This document shows positions 37,758-52,056 of a stretch of 64,000 nucleotides of DNA, one piece after another. The notes under the pieces are model-generated. The model made no database searches. It saw nothing but the letters and a program-made list of their open reading frames with translations, and was not told the origin of the DNA. Positions within the stretch are counted from its first letter, which is position 1. Each line of letters begins with the position of its first letter. The DNA comes from Tubulanus polymorphus (lineage: Eukaryota > Animalia > Nemertea), in NCBI RefSeq assembly GCF_964204645.1, contig NC_134026.1, forward strand, positions 24,524,150-24,588,149. Direction: 5' to 3'. A program made the translations under genes and the position numbers.

Positions 37758-40700
37758 TACATTAATTAAACCCCATTGGTCATGGCGACTGCAAAGAAAA
37801 AGATCCACGGACCAACACAGCAAAACCATAATTTTGATGTTTCCTTTCATCAGCATATTGTCACATAACTCAATTACATTAATTTCATTTCGTCTTGTAC
37901 TCCGCATTTTTATTTAATTAGTCGCCCACTGATAAACCAGTTTCACCTTGCATACATCCAATGTGGTAAAATAGAATTATGTTTTATCACATTTCATTTC
38001 ATAAGCAGGCACTTGTCATGCACCATTCATTCGTTCGTACACATTTGTTTTGCCACCATAAAATGCATCCAATCGATCTATCAGTCATCAATCGGTCAGC
38101 TCATGGCCCGGCATCTCCGTCATTTGAATAAGCTACTGATGATAGCATTTAAGCTAGACGAGGTGATTATAGAGGCTAATAGAGCTTACATCCGGAGTAA
38201 ATTCCTCGTCACATATTGCAAATTACGTATCATCACATGGACACTCATCAGTGTTGCCGAAATAGCAGCGTTTTGAATAACAGTTCATTAAATATTATGA
38301 CCAAAGAAATACGACGGGTGTCACTTTGAAGTGTCTTTTGCTTGTATGAGAGGACCTTGCGCTAGGAGAAACTCACGCCACTTGACATCCGTTAATGAAC
38401 AACTCACATCAAAAAATAACAGCAGTGAACATTATTTCGTCAACTGCATACGAGCAACTGGACACAAAATCGAATGCCGCAATGGTTTTACACATCTGGA
38501 CCTCCACAGAGGCCAAGTTCAGTTACTACGATGGATGTATACTCTAAGTGCGAGGATACTCATAAAAAAGTGGACGTGTTGATAAATATCATTTAATATT
38601 TATGGGCTAGATGCTCTAAATGAAGATATTGAATCGCGGCTGCCTGCACATACGCAACCATCATCCGTTCGGTTGGTGATAAATTGGCGCTCATGACGCA
38701 GCGCGGTGAGTTTTACTGATCAAGTTCTGGTTTTATCACCTGCCAGAGACTCGAAGTCGGCAACGCGGACAGATCTTTCACTGATACGTGCGACTAGTAG
38801 GCTACGGTTTTCATTCCAGTCTTGTTAAAGTTTCTTGAGACACCAACAAACATCGGTGTTGAAAAATTCATAGAAAGGAACCTATGCTTTTATAAAAGGA
38901 ACCGTACAGTTACAAAAAGAAGGGTTATATAGAAATTTCTTCAACATCGGGATAAAAAAACTATACGTAAGTACGTTGAAAGTCGGTTGTACAGTGATGT
39001 CGATTAGTCTGACTGAGATAGATAAATGAAAAGAACTTTAATTCATAACTCTGAATCATGTTCTATGGAGAAATTATTGGCCTCTATTGCGAAAATTGCA
39101 AGAGATAGCTTTTCATAGTTTGTTCCTACGAAATGGAGCGGGTTTGTAGTTTAAGATCTCTGTAGACTTTGACTTAATTTTGCGTATGTCAGATTATTTC
39201 TAAACCAGTGGCAGTATCGCGGGGATGTCGGAGACGTAATCAGCTTTTATTTCTAAGTCCTACTCAGATTTGGATCTGATGCGGTGTAAAAATACTTAAA
39301 TTACAACTGAAGAAAATGGGGTTGCGGAATCAACGGAAGAGATATAAGTTTAACGAAATTGTACCACTACTTGTATTATCCAAAATCTGCTTGAAAACCA
39401 TCACATCAGTGTTAATATGTTAATACAGTTGATGTACCCATGCGAAAATCTAGCTTTGACCCAAATGGTTGTATAATTTGGAAAATATAATAAGCCTTTG
39501 ATCAGAGTGATGTACCGTTTACTTCGTAGGAATAAAAGGTGTACAGTAACATTGCTTGTTCCTCAATTGTTTTGAAACTTGAAACTAATAGCAAATCCAT
39601 TAGGTCATATGCGATTCAAAGGATACATAAGAGTTACTAAGGCATCTTTGACGAGCTAAAATGAAGATTTGATTCCAGATAGCTCATACCACACATCCAA
39701 CTAAGAAACACATAACAGCATGTTAAAAAATCAGAAAGGTAACGGATTAACCCAAGATTGCGGGAGGAATCCTGATTGCAGTAGCAGGGATTGTAGGTTT
39801 TCAATTACTCTCGTGTCCTTCAATGGCGATTTCATCAATCTGGCCAAATGACGGGAAAATGTCATCAGCCATTATTTTGGTTTTGGCCACTAGGATGTTT
39901 AAATGAAGAATTATATATCGCTATCCAGATTTCCAGCTTTCCTAAACCTCTCCTATATTTCATAATGGACGCGTTGCTGAACGTGGTTGATTAATTATTC
40001 GCTGCATATGCATGCATATGGCGTCAACACAGATGATAATGCGAAAGACAACGACAAGCACACAAGATGTAAAATGAAACGATGATAGTTCACAATTATG
40101 GTAATATAGTAGAACATTGCCTAGAGAACGTTTCTGCTGAGTTAGATGATTGACTAATCAAACATAACCCTATATCTGACTAAATTTCTACATTTTTCAA
40201 AATTTAGGCGATTTTGGTTCACAAAAAGGATCTATGATACATAACGAATTATGAATTTTCATAATAATTATTTATTCCGTAGCATAGATAGATTTCTTCG
40301 TAGTCACGAGAGAAAACCCACAATAAATTCAGCCAAAAATGAAAACTTCTATAGAAAAATGATATTCATATTTCGAGCAACAATTCGGCTAAATACGATT
40401 AGCTAATAGTATTATGGGATTTCTCTCGTTATTCATCATACACGGATATTAAGTGTATCTTCTCGTCTTTTCTTCGTAGACATATTCCAAACTGAAAATA
40501 GGAACTACAATTGTCGTTTTCATGTCACAAATTACAATATTCCACCGTAAACTTTGCTTCTTCCTCAAACCATTCTCTGCTTCTATGTTTCATACAGACA
40601 TTCAACAACGGAACGTTGGGCATCATTTGTTCGTCGACATGTGTACGCCAGAGAAATGTCAATTGCACGTTTATCTCTGCGCGTGAAAAGTATTCATACT

Positions 40701-43700
40701 TATGTGAAATGTGAACATTGGCTGTGGCTATACTCATTTGCTTGCAATACCGGTATATCTAAATCGTTTTGCAATTTGTGTAGTAAAAGATGAAAATGCG
40801 TTTATACATTTGAGGTTTACACGATTGCTTTACTCCATAATGGTGGAGGTGATTGGATTCAAGGGAATAAAAATGTCACTTTTGGCTGACTATCGACCAT
40901 GAAATGTTTACAATTATAATGGGGATTTCAACGTCATTATGATAAAAATTGCACCCTGCATTCATTCATGTTTGATATGCAAAATCATTACTATCTGTAT
41001 CAGCTTTTCCAGGCGACGTACATAGTGCAGATACGTAAATAGGTAATTACATTGTCACTGTACATGATCTCCGTTTATCATTGTCGTCGAAGCGCAAGCA
41101 ACTTAGCGAATTGATTGTGCATTTTACAAGGACGCGTCAAACTGATCAGCTTACATGGACCACGTAATAGATTAACAATCGTTCTCATAGGATACTGTTA
41201 GTTCCCACGATCGTGAAATTCAATTTCACAAACTGTATCAACAATTCGGTTTATTCAACTAGAAAGTCTGCATCGTATGCATCTGAACCACACATGAATC
41301 TGGAAGAGTGATAATACTGTTGTACGCACTGACCAGATTGGTCGAAAAATTTGCGATTTTTTTCTGAGCTGTAATGCTCACGCTGGATCTTATGATCACG
41401 TACTATGATGTTCCTAGCGATGTTTGAAGTAACAAACTCTTCACTAACACCTCTGACCACTTCTCTTATTGGTTATAATAGCCATTAATATTGGCACACC
41501 CCGCAACAAGTTGTTTTTGTTTTTCTATTCAACCACTCTAAGTTTTAGAAAAATTGCCATGATGTTTTCATTCATCTTTCGGCCTTTTTTTCTAATCAAT
41601 CTCCACCCACTGGCTGTTGTTAAAACCCACGATTATATTCGTGTAAAAATGCAATCAGCTCATCCCTCTGGCTTATCACGATATGCATAAAATATAAAAC
41701 CTTCCGTATGTCATCAAAGCTAGTACATTTTAAACGTATATATTGAACATAGACAAGCTGTTTGCTTATCATTGAATCGTTCATTGATTACTAGTGAAGC
41801 GGATCCGGCTGTAAATGATCGGATCTGCCTACGAATAATCTTTAAAGTGAAATGAGACCTGTGCCTTGGTTGCAATCGACAAGGTCGACCATCATTTTCC
41901 CACTTTTAATACAGCTATATGGTCCAACCACTCATTCCACCAGAATACATTTCTATTTTTTTGTGCGGTGTCGTCAAATTTTCAGACCCATCATAATTCT
42001 GTATTTCTAAAGCTCACTGTTTTTGTCGACTTTCAAATTTCATGCCAATTTTAGGCTGGTAGTTAAATCTTAAGATAAGCGAAAGATTGTAGTCGGAGAA
42101 AACATGTATTTGGTCAAGAAAAACTTCAAACTGTGAAAACAAAACCGAGTTCGATGATTCGATTCCTGAGCAATATAGCCTTTACGTTTCAATTGTTTTT
42201 TTGAAAAATGAATCTTCGTATATAATATCGAAGAAATTGTACTACAGTTATTTCAGAACCAAACAAATGTCAAAGGTAGAGAAGAATATTTCTCACATTA
42301 TCACACGGTAGGGTAGAATTAACTCCTTTAGAATTCCTACGGGTAGGTAATAAGAACCTACGTATAGGAACAGGCGATGAGCGCCAAGAGTACGAAGATT
42401 ACTTTAATCTTTTTGTCACGCGATCTAAAATCCATCTAAGGTATTTTTGGCATGCTGACATGACTCTGATAATTCCCTTATTCTTTTAAATTACCGTTAG
42501 ATTACATGTTTGCTATTTATTTGTTCGTTTGAATTTGTTTTTATGATAAAATTCGTCATGATTTGTGGTAGAAAATGATTTGCTCTAACGATTTTTCCAG
42601 AATGTTTACTTTTTGCAATTTTGGATTGTAGTTTGATTAAATTCTAAATGAAAAAAGCTTAATTGGTTTTACAATTTTCTTTTTATCACACGATGCCATC
42701 TAATCAGTTACTACTAGTCATCCCTAGTTGGTAATCCATCAATGACTCCCTGGGGCCGTTCCTGTTACCCTGGCCTTCTATATGTGCTCCCCATTCCTCC
42801 ATGTGCATTCAACCCCTTGCGTTATAATTTTCAACTCAAAAACACTCGGAACATTTTACGATGAATGCAATGTGTGTATTTATACGAATAAATGAATTAT
42901 AGTTACTGTTTCCACACCGTTTCGTGTTTCGTAGACCAGAGTTCCGCTATTCACAGTGTTACAAGCAACAGTTTCATTATTTTTTTCCAATCATAGATAC
43001 CTAGCATGTTGTAACAAGTTTCAGGTATCTAGTTTTGTAGTGTGGCAGTAACATAGTCTACGCTTTTCGATAATGATAAGAAAATTGCTTTTTCTTGCCA
43101 ATATACGCCATTACAACCGGTGATAATTGAATTATCTCCTTATTCTAACAGTATTGCTAAGTTTGCATGAATTCACCACATTTTACACTTATTTGCGGTC
43201 ACGACATACATCGACCTCAGATTCCGTGCAATCTGAAACATAATTCCATATGCTGCATCGTGTAAATTGCATCAGGTTCCGATGAATGGAGAGTTGACTC
43301 GTATGGGTTATTCGTTCGTTGCGTGACACACATGAATCTCTATGATCACTCAACTCCTTGTAGTAGAATCTCAAGGTATCAAGGCCTCACACTTCAAAAA
43401 TATGTACATATCAAAGTGTGTAAGAATTCAAAATTTCTTTTCTTAAAACAGTTTTCAAGTTATCTTAAAGTATACGTATTTTCGACCCCAATGTTTTATT
43501 TCATTTAGAACTATCCTTCAAATAAAAAATCTTCTCCGCAAAATGCAAATGTCTACATTCATTTTATTACACAGTTTTTATTTTGTTTGAATTCTATCTA
43601 TCAAATTCTGCATTCATATTACTCATAACTACTAAGTAAACAGTTATTTTTCAGCTGCAAGCAAGCTTAATGGACTTGTTATAAATGAAAATACTAATTG

Positions 43701-43968
43701 ATGAAATACAAAGCTGATGGCCACGTCGCCAGGGAGCATGTTATTGCTGCAAATTTTAAATGAATATCCATACCGGGCTGTTCGTGCACGCATCAATTTA
43801 AAAAACGGCGAATTTGCCGTCAATCTGTTCCAGTTATAAATAAGATATAAAACGCTAGTAATTAAGTTAAGTTTCACTTGACTTGCATTTTATGCGAGAA
43901 AGATGTTGACGGGAGCTGCTAGAAGAGAATAATCAAATAGTATATCAATTGTGTATTTCAGGGTTGAA

Positions 43969-46900
43969 ATGGCTGTAAATTACCATCGCCGGCATATTAT
44001 ACTGATTTGGGGTGCGTTGGAGTGCTTCTTTTTCAGCGGAATTGTTTTCGGGTGGCCGGGATTTTTAACGGAAATTCTTGCTCATACTGGATACTTCTCT
44101 GATGTCTGCACCAATATCGGAAATGATAGCAACGATTCCGTCACGGACTTATTGACTTCGGACGTCGATCCCCCGACCGAGGTAACTTTGGATACAATCG
44201 GCTCGGATGTTCGCAGGGTAATCAGTTCGAATCTCGTGCAAGACGGAAAGCGAAATCTAACGAATGCTCTTCACAAAATACAACAAACGAACGCGGACGA
44301 CGATGATGATAATAACCACAATAATTATGAACCTTATGACAGTGACGTATTTCGAATGTTGCACACAAATGAAACCTGTAGACTGCAAAGAGACGAAATA
44401 CATATTGTTTATGTGGTAGCCATTTCGATAATGTGCATCCTGTCGTTGTTTGGTGGAATATTTTATGATCTTTTCGGAACGATGCGTACGAGAATTATAG
44501 TCATGTAAGTAGATGATCTATTTTTTGTCAACATTGATTTACCGCATGAGCTAAATAGAAGTAGCAACCATTGCCTCATCAGAAATATCGGCGGTTATAC
44601 CTGTCGTACTGCTTTGCAATAGTTCTCTGGGAACGTTAAAATATGGAGTGTAATGAACAAACTCTGCACATAAAGAATGTGATATGTCAACATTTTGACC
44701 CCAGAAGAGAGTTCCATCAATCAGAATCAAAGTCGGAAGTGTAGATTAATTGATTGAATGCTTTCACTTAACCTTCCCTTCTTTAAACCCATTTTGCTAC
44801 ATCATTCATTGAAGGCGAGCCTTAGTTCTCATTTCAACATCATTCGTGAATGAATATTATTAATCTGCCCAACATCTCATTGATATATATTGGAGATCGT
44901 AAAAGCCCTCGCAGACCTAACATTTTGTTTATTGAAATATATGGAGAGATCGATTACAAAATCTCCCAGACAACCGAGAGTTCAGATTTAATTGAAAATC
45001 GTATTTACCTTGCTGTTTGGGCGCGAATAGTGTAAAATCGTATAAGAAAATCTTATACTGCTTCTTTGGTTGAATATACATTTCCCGTCTGGTGAAAATG
45101 AAAATCCATTTCACCCAGACGTATGACAGGGTCCCATTTCCCCTATCAGGTACATCGAATATGATTCAAGTTACTGTTTATCGGAAATATACATCAAATC
45201 ATATAATAGTTTTCCTATATTTTAGGGTACTTTTTACGGTTTCAACTTTGCTAGTGGCTTTCACTGCACCACGTACGTATACCTTAGTAAAGCTTCGTTA
45301 TAATACCTTTAATCGTCAACATCATACATTTTACTTAAAGTGAGCGTAGAATTTTAACTTGCTAACAATTGGCAATCGCCAACATTCATATTGTGTTTGC
45401 CGCGACAATTTATAACCAGGTTTTCGACGAAAAAAACCTTCATCGTACGTAGTTTTTAATGACATTTTCAGACCAGCCGTGGTTATTGTACGTCTCAATG
45501 AGTTTACTGTCATTCGCTGGTTTGTTGCTGCTGATGACAAATGTACAGGTGGCGAATTTATTCGGAAGCAAACGGTACACCGTAATGGCGTTTTACGTCG
45601 GTACATTCGACACGAGTCGACTGATACTTTTCTTGATCGAGGTAACCCAGGTTCTTACGCGTTTCTTACCCAATTACCTTCATTGTACCGATTGTCCGCT
45701 TGTATTATAATAATTTGTTTTTGAAGGGATTTCGTAGATATTCGTTTCGTAAAGTTTTTTTCTTGTTAGTCGGCAGGTGTTGTCTTTTATCTCCAGCGTT
45801 TGGTTATAATACAATAACCCATTAGTCACTCTTGTTCCAAGCGATGATTTAACTAAAAATGATTTCGCTGCTCATACATCTAAAATCTGACAGTTACTAC
45901 GGACTGCTCAAAATGCAAATTGCATGTTTCCTTTTCTTTCAATTCAAATCATTTGTCATTCTATACACTTAATATCACCGGCACTCTTTTCTGCGCATTA
46001 TGTTGCACGAACGTATTAGTGTTGCAAAGCCCATCCGTCTATAAACGTGACTTAGCTAATTGTATGTTCTACCAATCCTAATAATGCAGATCATCCATCA
46101 TTGTTTTTATTTCAGAAAACGACAGAAGTTGGAATAAACGCCCAACTGTCATTTATGTTTATCACCGTCTGTATCATCCCGTTCCTTATTGGCACGATAG
46201 CCCTGCTACCTAACAGACAAATTCCGTGGCCATTACCAGAACACTATGGCAAAGACAAGCGCAGATCTTCGTACCAAGACATAAGACAAGACAGCTTCCA
46301 AAAGGGGGATCGGGGAGGTGGGTTGTATATCAGTTTAAAGTATACGTTTGGGTGTTGTAAATCTGCTCTTTGAAATTTCAATCAAATCTCTAAATCACAT
46401 TTAGCCAACATTTGAATGTGAACGAACATAATTTCATCTGCTTGCAGGTTCCCAGAAGAGACGTAAGCAATTGCCACCTAAAATATCATTCAAGCAAGCG
46501 GCGCTGTCGTCTATATACTTCACCCACGTTATCTGGTACTCCTTGCTGAGTCTGAGAATGAACTATTACGAAGATCATTTGACGGAGAATGTAAAAAATC
46601 TTACCCAACAACATAACGGTAATGATTTTCAGGATCGAATAACCGTACATGCGTGTCAGCATTCTACTTGCTATTTCCAATTATCTTTCTAGTGTAAAGG
46701 TTAAAAAATAAGGGATTTGTTTGAAGAAAATGTATCATTTATGTAACGGATGAGATTCAGATAGCCTAACATAGTAATCAACATCAAGGGTCTCTGGCAG
46801 CAATAGTATGGAACCACACGAAAGTGGTTAGGTTGACAAATGCGATTCCGTTCAGAATAACAAGAGGATGTCCTTATCGTGATCGCATCAACCACTCAAT

Positions 46901-49828
46901 TAACTCCTCGTGTTGGTTCAGTCAATATGCGACCATCGGACTGGCGTTATTGACATTAACAAGGGAAATTGTCTTTGCTCCCCTCTCTGTCTCTCTTTGC
47001 AGCAAATTCAAAACGTCGATGGATCGCAGGCCTTTTGACCAAACTTAAGACGTTTGTTCATTCTATTTTCCAGTGGACAAATATCTCAGATTATACCAGT
47101 ATTTCCAGTTCATGGGTGTAGCGATTGCGCCATTAGTGGGTTTGATAATGGACCGACAAACACACAATTTAAAGGGTAAATAACATCAGTAACGACTATA
47201 GAAGCCATTAAAACTCTTCAAACTGCCAATATCGTTTACCAATCCTTCACATATTAACTATCTATTAATTTGATAGAAATGCAGATGGTTTTGACACGGG
47301 AGGCCACTTGACTAGAAGCCTCTAAATGACTTAGAATTAATTGCAGAGTATCATGAATGATACGAATATTTAGAAAATCAATTTGCTCACGCTTTGGAAG
47401 AACATATTTTTGCAGAGTATTATTTTTCATCATGCTTCTCGTGTATCTACGTGATATTTCATTGTGTTTTCGCTATTTTTTTTTCGAAGGACGAACAAAA
47501 ATGAAACAGAACATATGTAACGCTACTATCGTGCATATTCTGGTCGTAATTGTGACGGTTGTCCAGATGGTGCTTCTGTTATATCCATCCGCCAATGTAC
47601 TGCTCCCTGCTTTTGCCTTCCAGTGCATTAGCCGGTCAATGTTGTATGCCACAAACGTAACAACATTAAATCTTTTGTAAGTACCCGCGACACTTGCGTC
47701 AACTTGTATCGTAAAGGATAACATCATACCAAAAAGTAACATCATGTGGGAGACAATGAATAGTTGGTCAATATCATATTATATTTGACAATAGACAAAT
47801 CCGTTGTACCTACAACACTTGAGTCTACTGCTCCCTAAGGATAGCGTCACGTCAAAGACACGACAGCCTTGTAACAAAACCTTTGATATTATATGGATTT
47901 TGTCATTTTAGTGACCTAAAATAATCCTAAAAAGGAAGGGTTAACGTGATCATTAATTTATGATATCTAAGAAACTTCGAGAATGGATTTCTCTTACTAA
48001 GAACGATGTCATTAATCCAGCTGTTGTGTTGATTAATTTTACCAACCAGACAGTATAAATCCGCCGCTAGTATAGTAGCAGATGGTTTTACTATCTACGA
48101 AAATCGCAGATTTTGAGATTTCACATAAAGCCTTTCGGTGATGCGAGGAATTGAGTACTCTTTGTGAATCATTTAATTCGTTGAATCATTAGATACCTCA
48201 GAGGTATTCACCGACCACTCTTTTGCGTAGAACTTAGCTCATTTCGCCGATGTTTACCCTGCGGATTTATGTGGCGGTAACAAATGATAAATTGTGACAT
48301 GGCATAATGAAGATGAACGAAAAGTTAAGCATGTCTTATATCCCAAGGCGACTAGAAGCACGCGTAGTTATTAGAACTCATGATGTATCCATGAACAGGT
48401 TGACGATAAGAGCGCTAATTTTGATAGATTTATAGCACCTTGTTTTCCTATCGGGTGTCTAAGATATCATCAATTGAAAATTTCAAAAATTAGTTTTACT
48501 CCTTTATTTTTTTCAGATTTCCCCAGATGTATTTCGGAAGACTTTTCGGTATTTGCCTTTTTGCGTCAGCGTCAATCGTCCGACCTATACAAATTCTGTT
48601 GGAATACATAACCATAGAACAACTAAACAAAGATCCTTTATGGGTAATGATCAATTTTCAATCATATCTATTCTGGCATCGATTGATTATGTATTGCTAA
48701 GATCGCATACTGCGCTCGATGATCTTCAATTCCTTAATATAAGCACACCATTCTTCCGCGCCGTGAGGGTTCTAATAAGTTCCATGTATTGGGCCACATG
48801 CACTGTTATCTAATTCTATAGGTTTAAACTTGGAGTTACTCCAAGGTTTAATAGAAGTGGATATAGTCTTCGCTGAAATCCACAGCTGAAATTTTAATTA
48901 CTGTTACTATTCTGATTGATCATTGAAATTCTTGAATGCCAACCTTGGTGATATACATATACATTATCGCCAATAGTGGTTTTGCTGATGTAAAAAAAAT
49001 GAACACCAACCATACCTAATCTCTCTCGATGTTGTCTCAAAACTAGCAGTGATTGATTAAAATTTCTTCAGATCGTAGTCATCGTGATCTGTGGAATAGC
49101 ATTTAAATTAATGAGGTTAAACGAATCGTTCAAATTCTCCTAAAATACACATCAACACGCGTGCTTGGAGCATTAACAAAATCAAAGTCAATCGCACACA
49201 AGATGATATAGCTTTAAGGCATCGGATATCATTAATCATGTGCGGTGTTCTTTGCTCATTTTCCTTCACACAACACCTGACTCCAAGGCTTAGAGAAAAA
49301 AAAACTCTCTCACAACTTGCAATACGCATGAGATGTTGTTTCATTTAATTAATTGAACCTATAATATTTTGTGCGTGGTGATATTCTAAAAATATCGCTT
49401 ATATGGTGATCACCCGCGTGAATTTGAGTTGCGCCGTGCAGATCTGGATCATTTCGTTTTGTATGAATATTTTTTTTGTGAACGAGAAATCAAATTTAGC
49501 GCAAGTGCCCGCATGTTAGTCCAGATTCCTAATTTGATTTCGTATGGCAAATGAGACAAGGATGAAAATGCGTCCGTTCATCTTCTGATTCTTGGAATAA
49601 TATTTTGCCACAATAATTCTATTTCAGATCCACGTCACACTGCTCGTACTTACTTTGCTGTCGGCTGTGTATGCAGTAATCATAAGATTGAAAAGAAATG
49701 TTTTATGCTACAAATCGACGGAATGCGCAGGCTTGCAGATCTCAAACGGAAGTGAAACCGAACATGAAAATGATAGGTTGAAATCGGTGCAGACTCTTAC
49801 AGACCGCCAAACAGAAAGTTCAATATAA
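43969..49828 (+). CDS. SLC43-family MFS transporter (LAT3/LAT4/SLC43A3-like)
   Basis: WGALECFFFSGIVFGWPGF...GYFSDVC matches the SLC43 TM1 signature. Also GIFYDLFGTMRTR, MTNVQVANLFGSKRYTV...GTFDTS, LLPNRQIPWPLPEHY, IAPLVGLIMD and FPQMYFGRLFG. The last exon ends TESSI with TAA at 49826-49828. The paralog is not assignable. Confidence 0.92.
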
Positions 49829-51791
49829 TGTGTGATTCATTTCAGTGCCGTTATTTTTGTAAGATAATCTGAGTTTCTTTAAGTTCGTGAAAGCCCCGTC
49901 CCTTCTTAGAGGACATACATAATAACGTACTTTTTCTGTATGAAATCCTCCTATCAACGCGATACATAAATATGATTGATAAGTTTGATTCGTTTACCGC
50001 GTTAGCAGTATGGAACTATTTCTTTAATCGGCTTCTGGTGAAAAAAATCCGGAAGACAGGCAACTCAATTTCCGGTAGCGTTCGGCGCATAATATGCGCT
50101 ATCGAAGTATAGATCGGAAAATGACAGCTGTTCAATGTTGTGTACGTACTTAAACCAGATTCTATAGACCCGGAGGATTTCAGCAACGATTGATGATTAA
50201 CTAATGCTCAACCCGGTGTGTCACTAAAAATCTATCCACGACTAGCGCATCAAATAAGACCGATCTATACTATTCACTGAGTGAATTATAAATCAACTCT
50301 CGCAGTTAACAGAACAGGATGGTCGTTTTATATGCGATGAAAGAGAAAATATAATTCGAGTCGAGGAGTAAAGTCATCGACTGTGAATGTATATTCATTT
50401 CAGATTATTCCGGTGTTTTTATACTGAATAACGTGATATACATTTCAAACCGTTCATAACCGGTATTGTTTCGATCTTGGCCTTATAACTTTCACAGTAA
50501 ACGAGTAATCCGATATAGAACGCTGGAACATTTTCAATTTCCCTAAGAGATTTGACGCGTTCATATTACTGAAACAAATATCGTCATTTTTTGAGGATGT
50601 GACGCGAACATATATATATCGTCAGCGAATTCTTGGCATATATATCAGAGAAACATGAAACCCAGTTCATGATTCACGTGCACCTTTGGCAGTTTTCAGC
50701 AATTGGACGAATGCGTTCTAATGTCGTGTTAATTATGCCACAGAAGGTGTAAGACCATGCTTCTTCTGCAGGGATTCGGATTTGATAGCATCGTGCGACT
50801 GTCACAGCACGATCTAAACCCAGACCCAGTGAGCAGTTATTTGGGCCGTTATGTTGTTATCAACCAATCGGAAATTACGTTTACTTTTTGCCCAGGTTAT
50901 TCTATTCATATCTATCCATAAATTTGCCTTATACCTGCGCATAATGGTTATTCAGGTATAGGGTTTGGTAGCGTAACAGAGTCTTGCGATGCCTTGATCA
51001 GCTACGAATCCCTGCTGAGTTACGATGATAGATTACGGACAGATAATTATTTTCGTCTTGGTTTGTGCTTTTGCATTGTGTTGTATATTCACCGTTGTAA
51101 TAAAATTGCCTTACAAACCAACAGTGTCATTTTCACATATCCAGTTTCCTTCGATTCATTTTCGGAATCTGTCATGTGTGTTCTATAGAAAAGGAGCTAC
51201 TGATCAGTTATCTAATAAGATAAGGTATAAATCTTCCCGTTTGATAGTGAAACGTTAGACAATTTTCATTACATTCGCCGCTCAGTGACGATTCGTAGAT
51301 TTCTTTTACTTAAAACGGTGTAATAAATATCCACATCTACATCATACGACGCGCAGTGAAAAATAATCTTTATTAGATTAGATATGCAACTGGTGTTCAT
51401 TCGGTATATGAAAGTTATTTTGTCACATTCTTGGTCAAAAAGCTATTTCAGATAGAGAAATCGTTCTCAATGAAACGTGAGGCTTGATTTGCATATACTG
51501 TATACGCTTTCCTCTTTTTTTCAAATGTTTACCTTTAAGGAGCGTTTCGTAAGGAAATCGTGTCTATTGATGATTAAAGAAATCGCTTAGCTCTTTCAGC
51601 CATGTCGTTATAGCTCCACTTCTTTCGCTCATAATACAGCGATGCTCGTGTAGTTTTTTTTAATCAAAAATGTGCGTTTGAAGGCGACAGTGATCGTAAT
51701 TTTTCGATGTGACATATCGTGCAAGCCTTATACATATACATTACACGAGCTAAATATACGTAGATCATTCATTATTGTACATGTAATATAA

Positions 51792-52056
51792 CAGGGGTGG
51801 ATCTAGGGGGGATGTCGGGGTGTCCGGACCCCCCCCCCCCCTCAACTTTGAAGTGCCCTCAAAAATGTCACCCACAAAATTCTTTTGACCAAGGTTTTCC
51901 ACCTACAATATTTTTTCAACGCATATATAAAATGACCGAAAGCACCCCCTAAAATGGTGTAGAAGTATCCGGAGTACGTGGTGTTTCGTAGAAAGCGCCC
52001 CTTTTTCTCATTGGACACCCCCCCCCCCCCCATGGAAAATCCTAAATCCGCCCCTG
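51792..52056. mobile_element. CAGGGGYGGAT...ATCCGCCCCTG MITE with poly-C tracts
   Basis: Left caggggtggatctagg and right cctaaatccgcccctg, with internal ggac(a)ccccccc repeated twice. Confidence 0.8.

Noticed and set aside
39618-39626. Minus-strand GTATCCTTT, and GTATCCTTA near 14032-14040, as extra U12 donors
   Set aside because: I found no coding exon context or matching branch site and acceptor.
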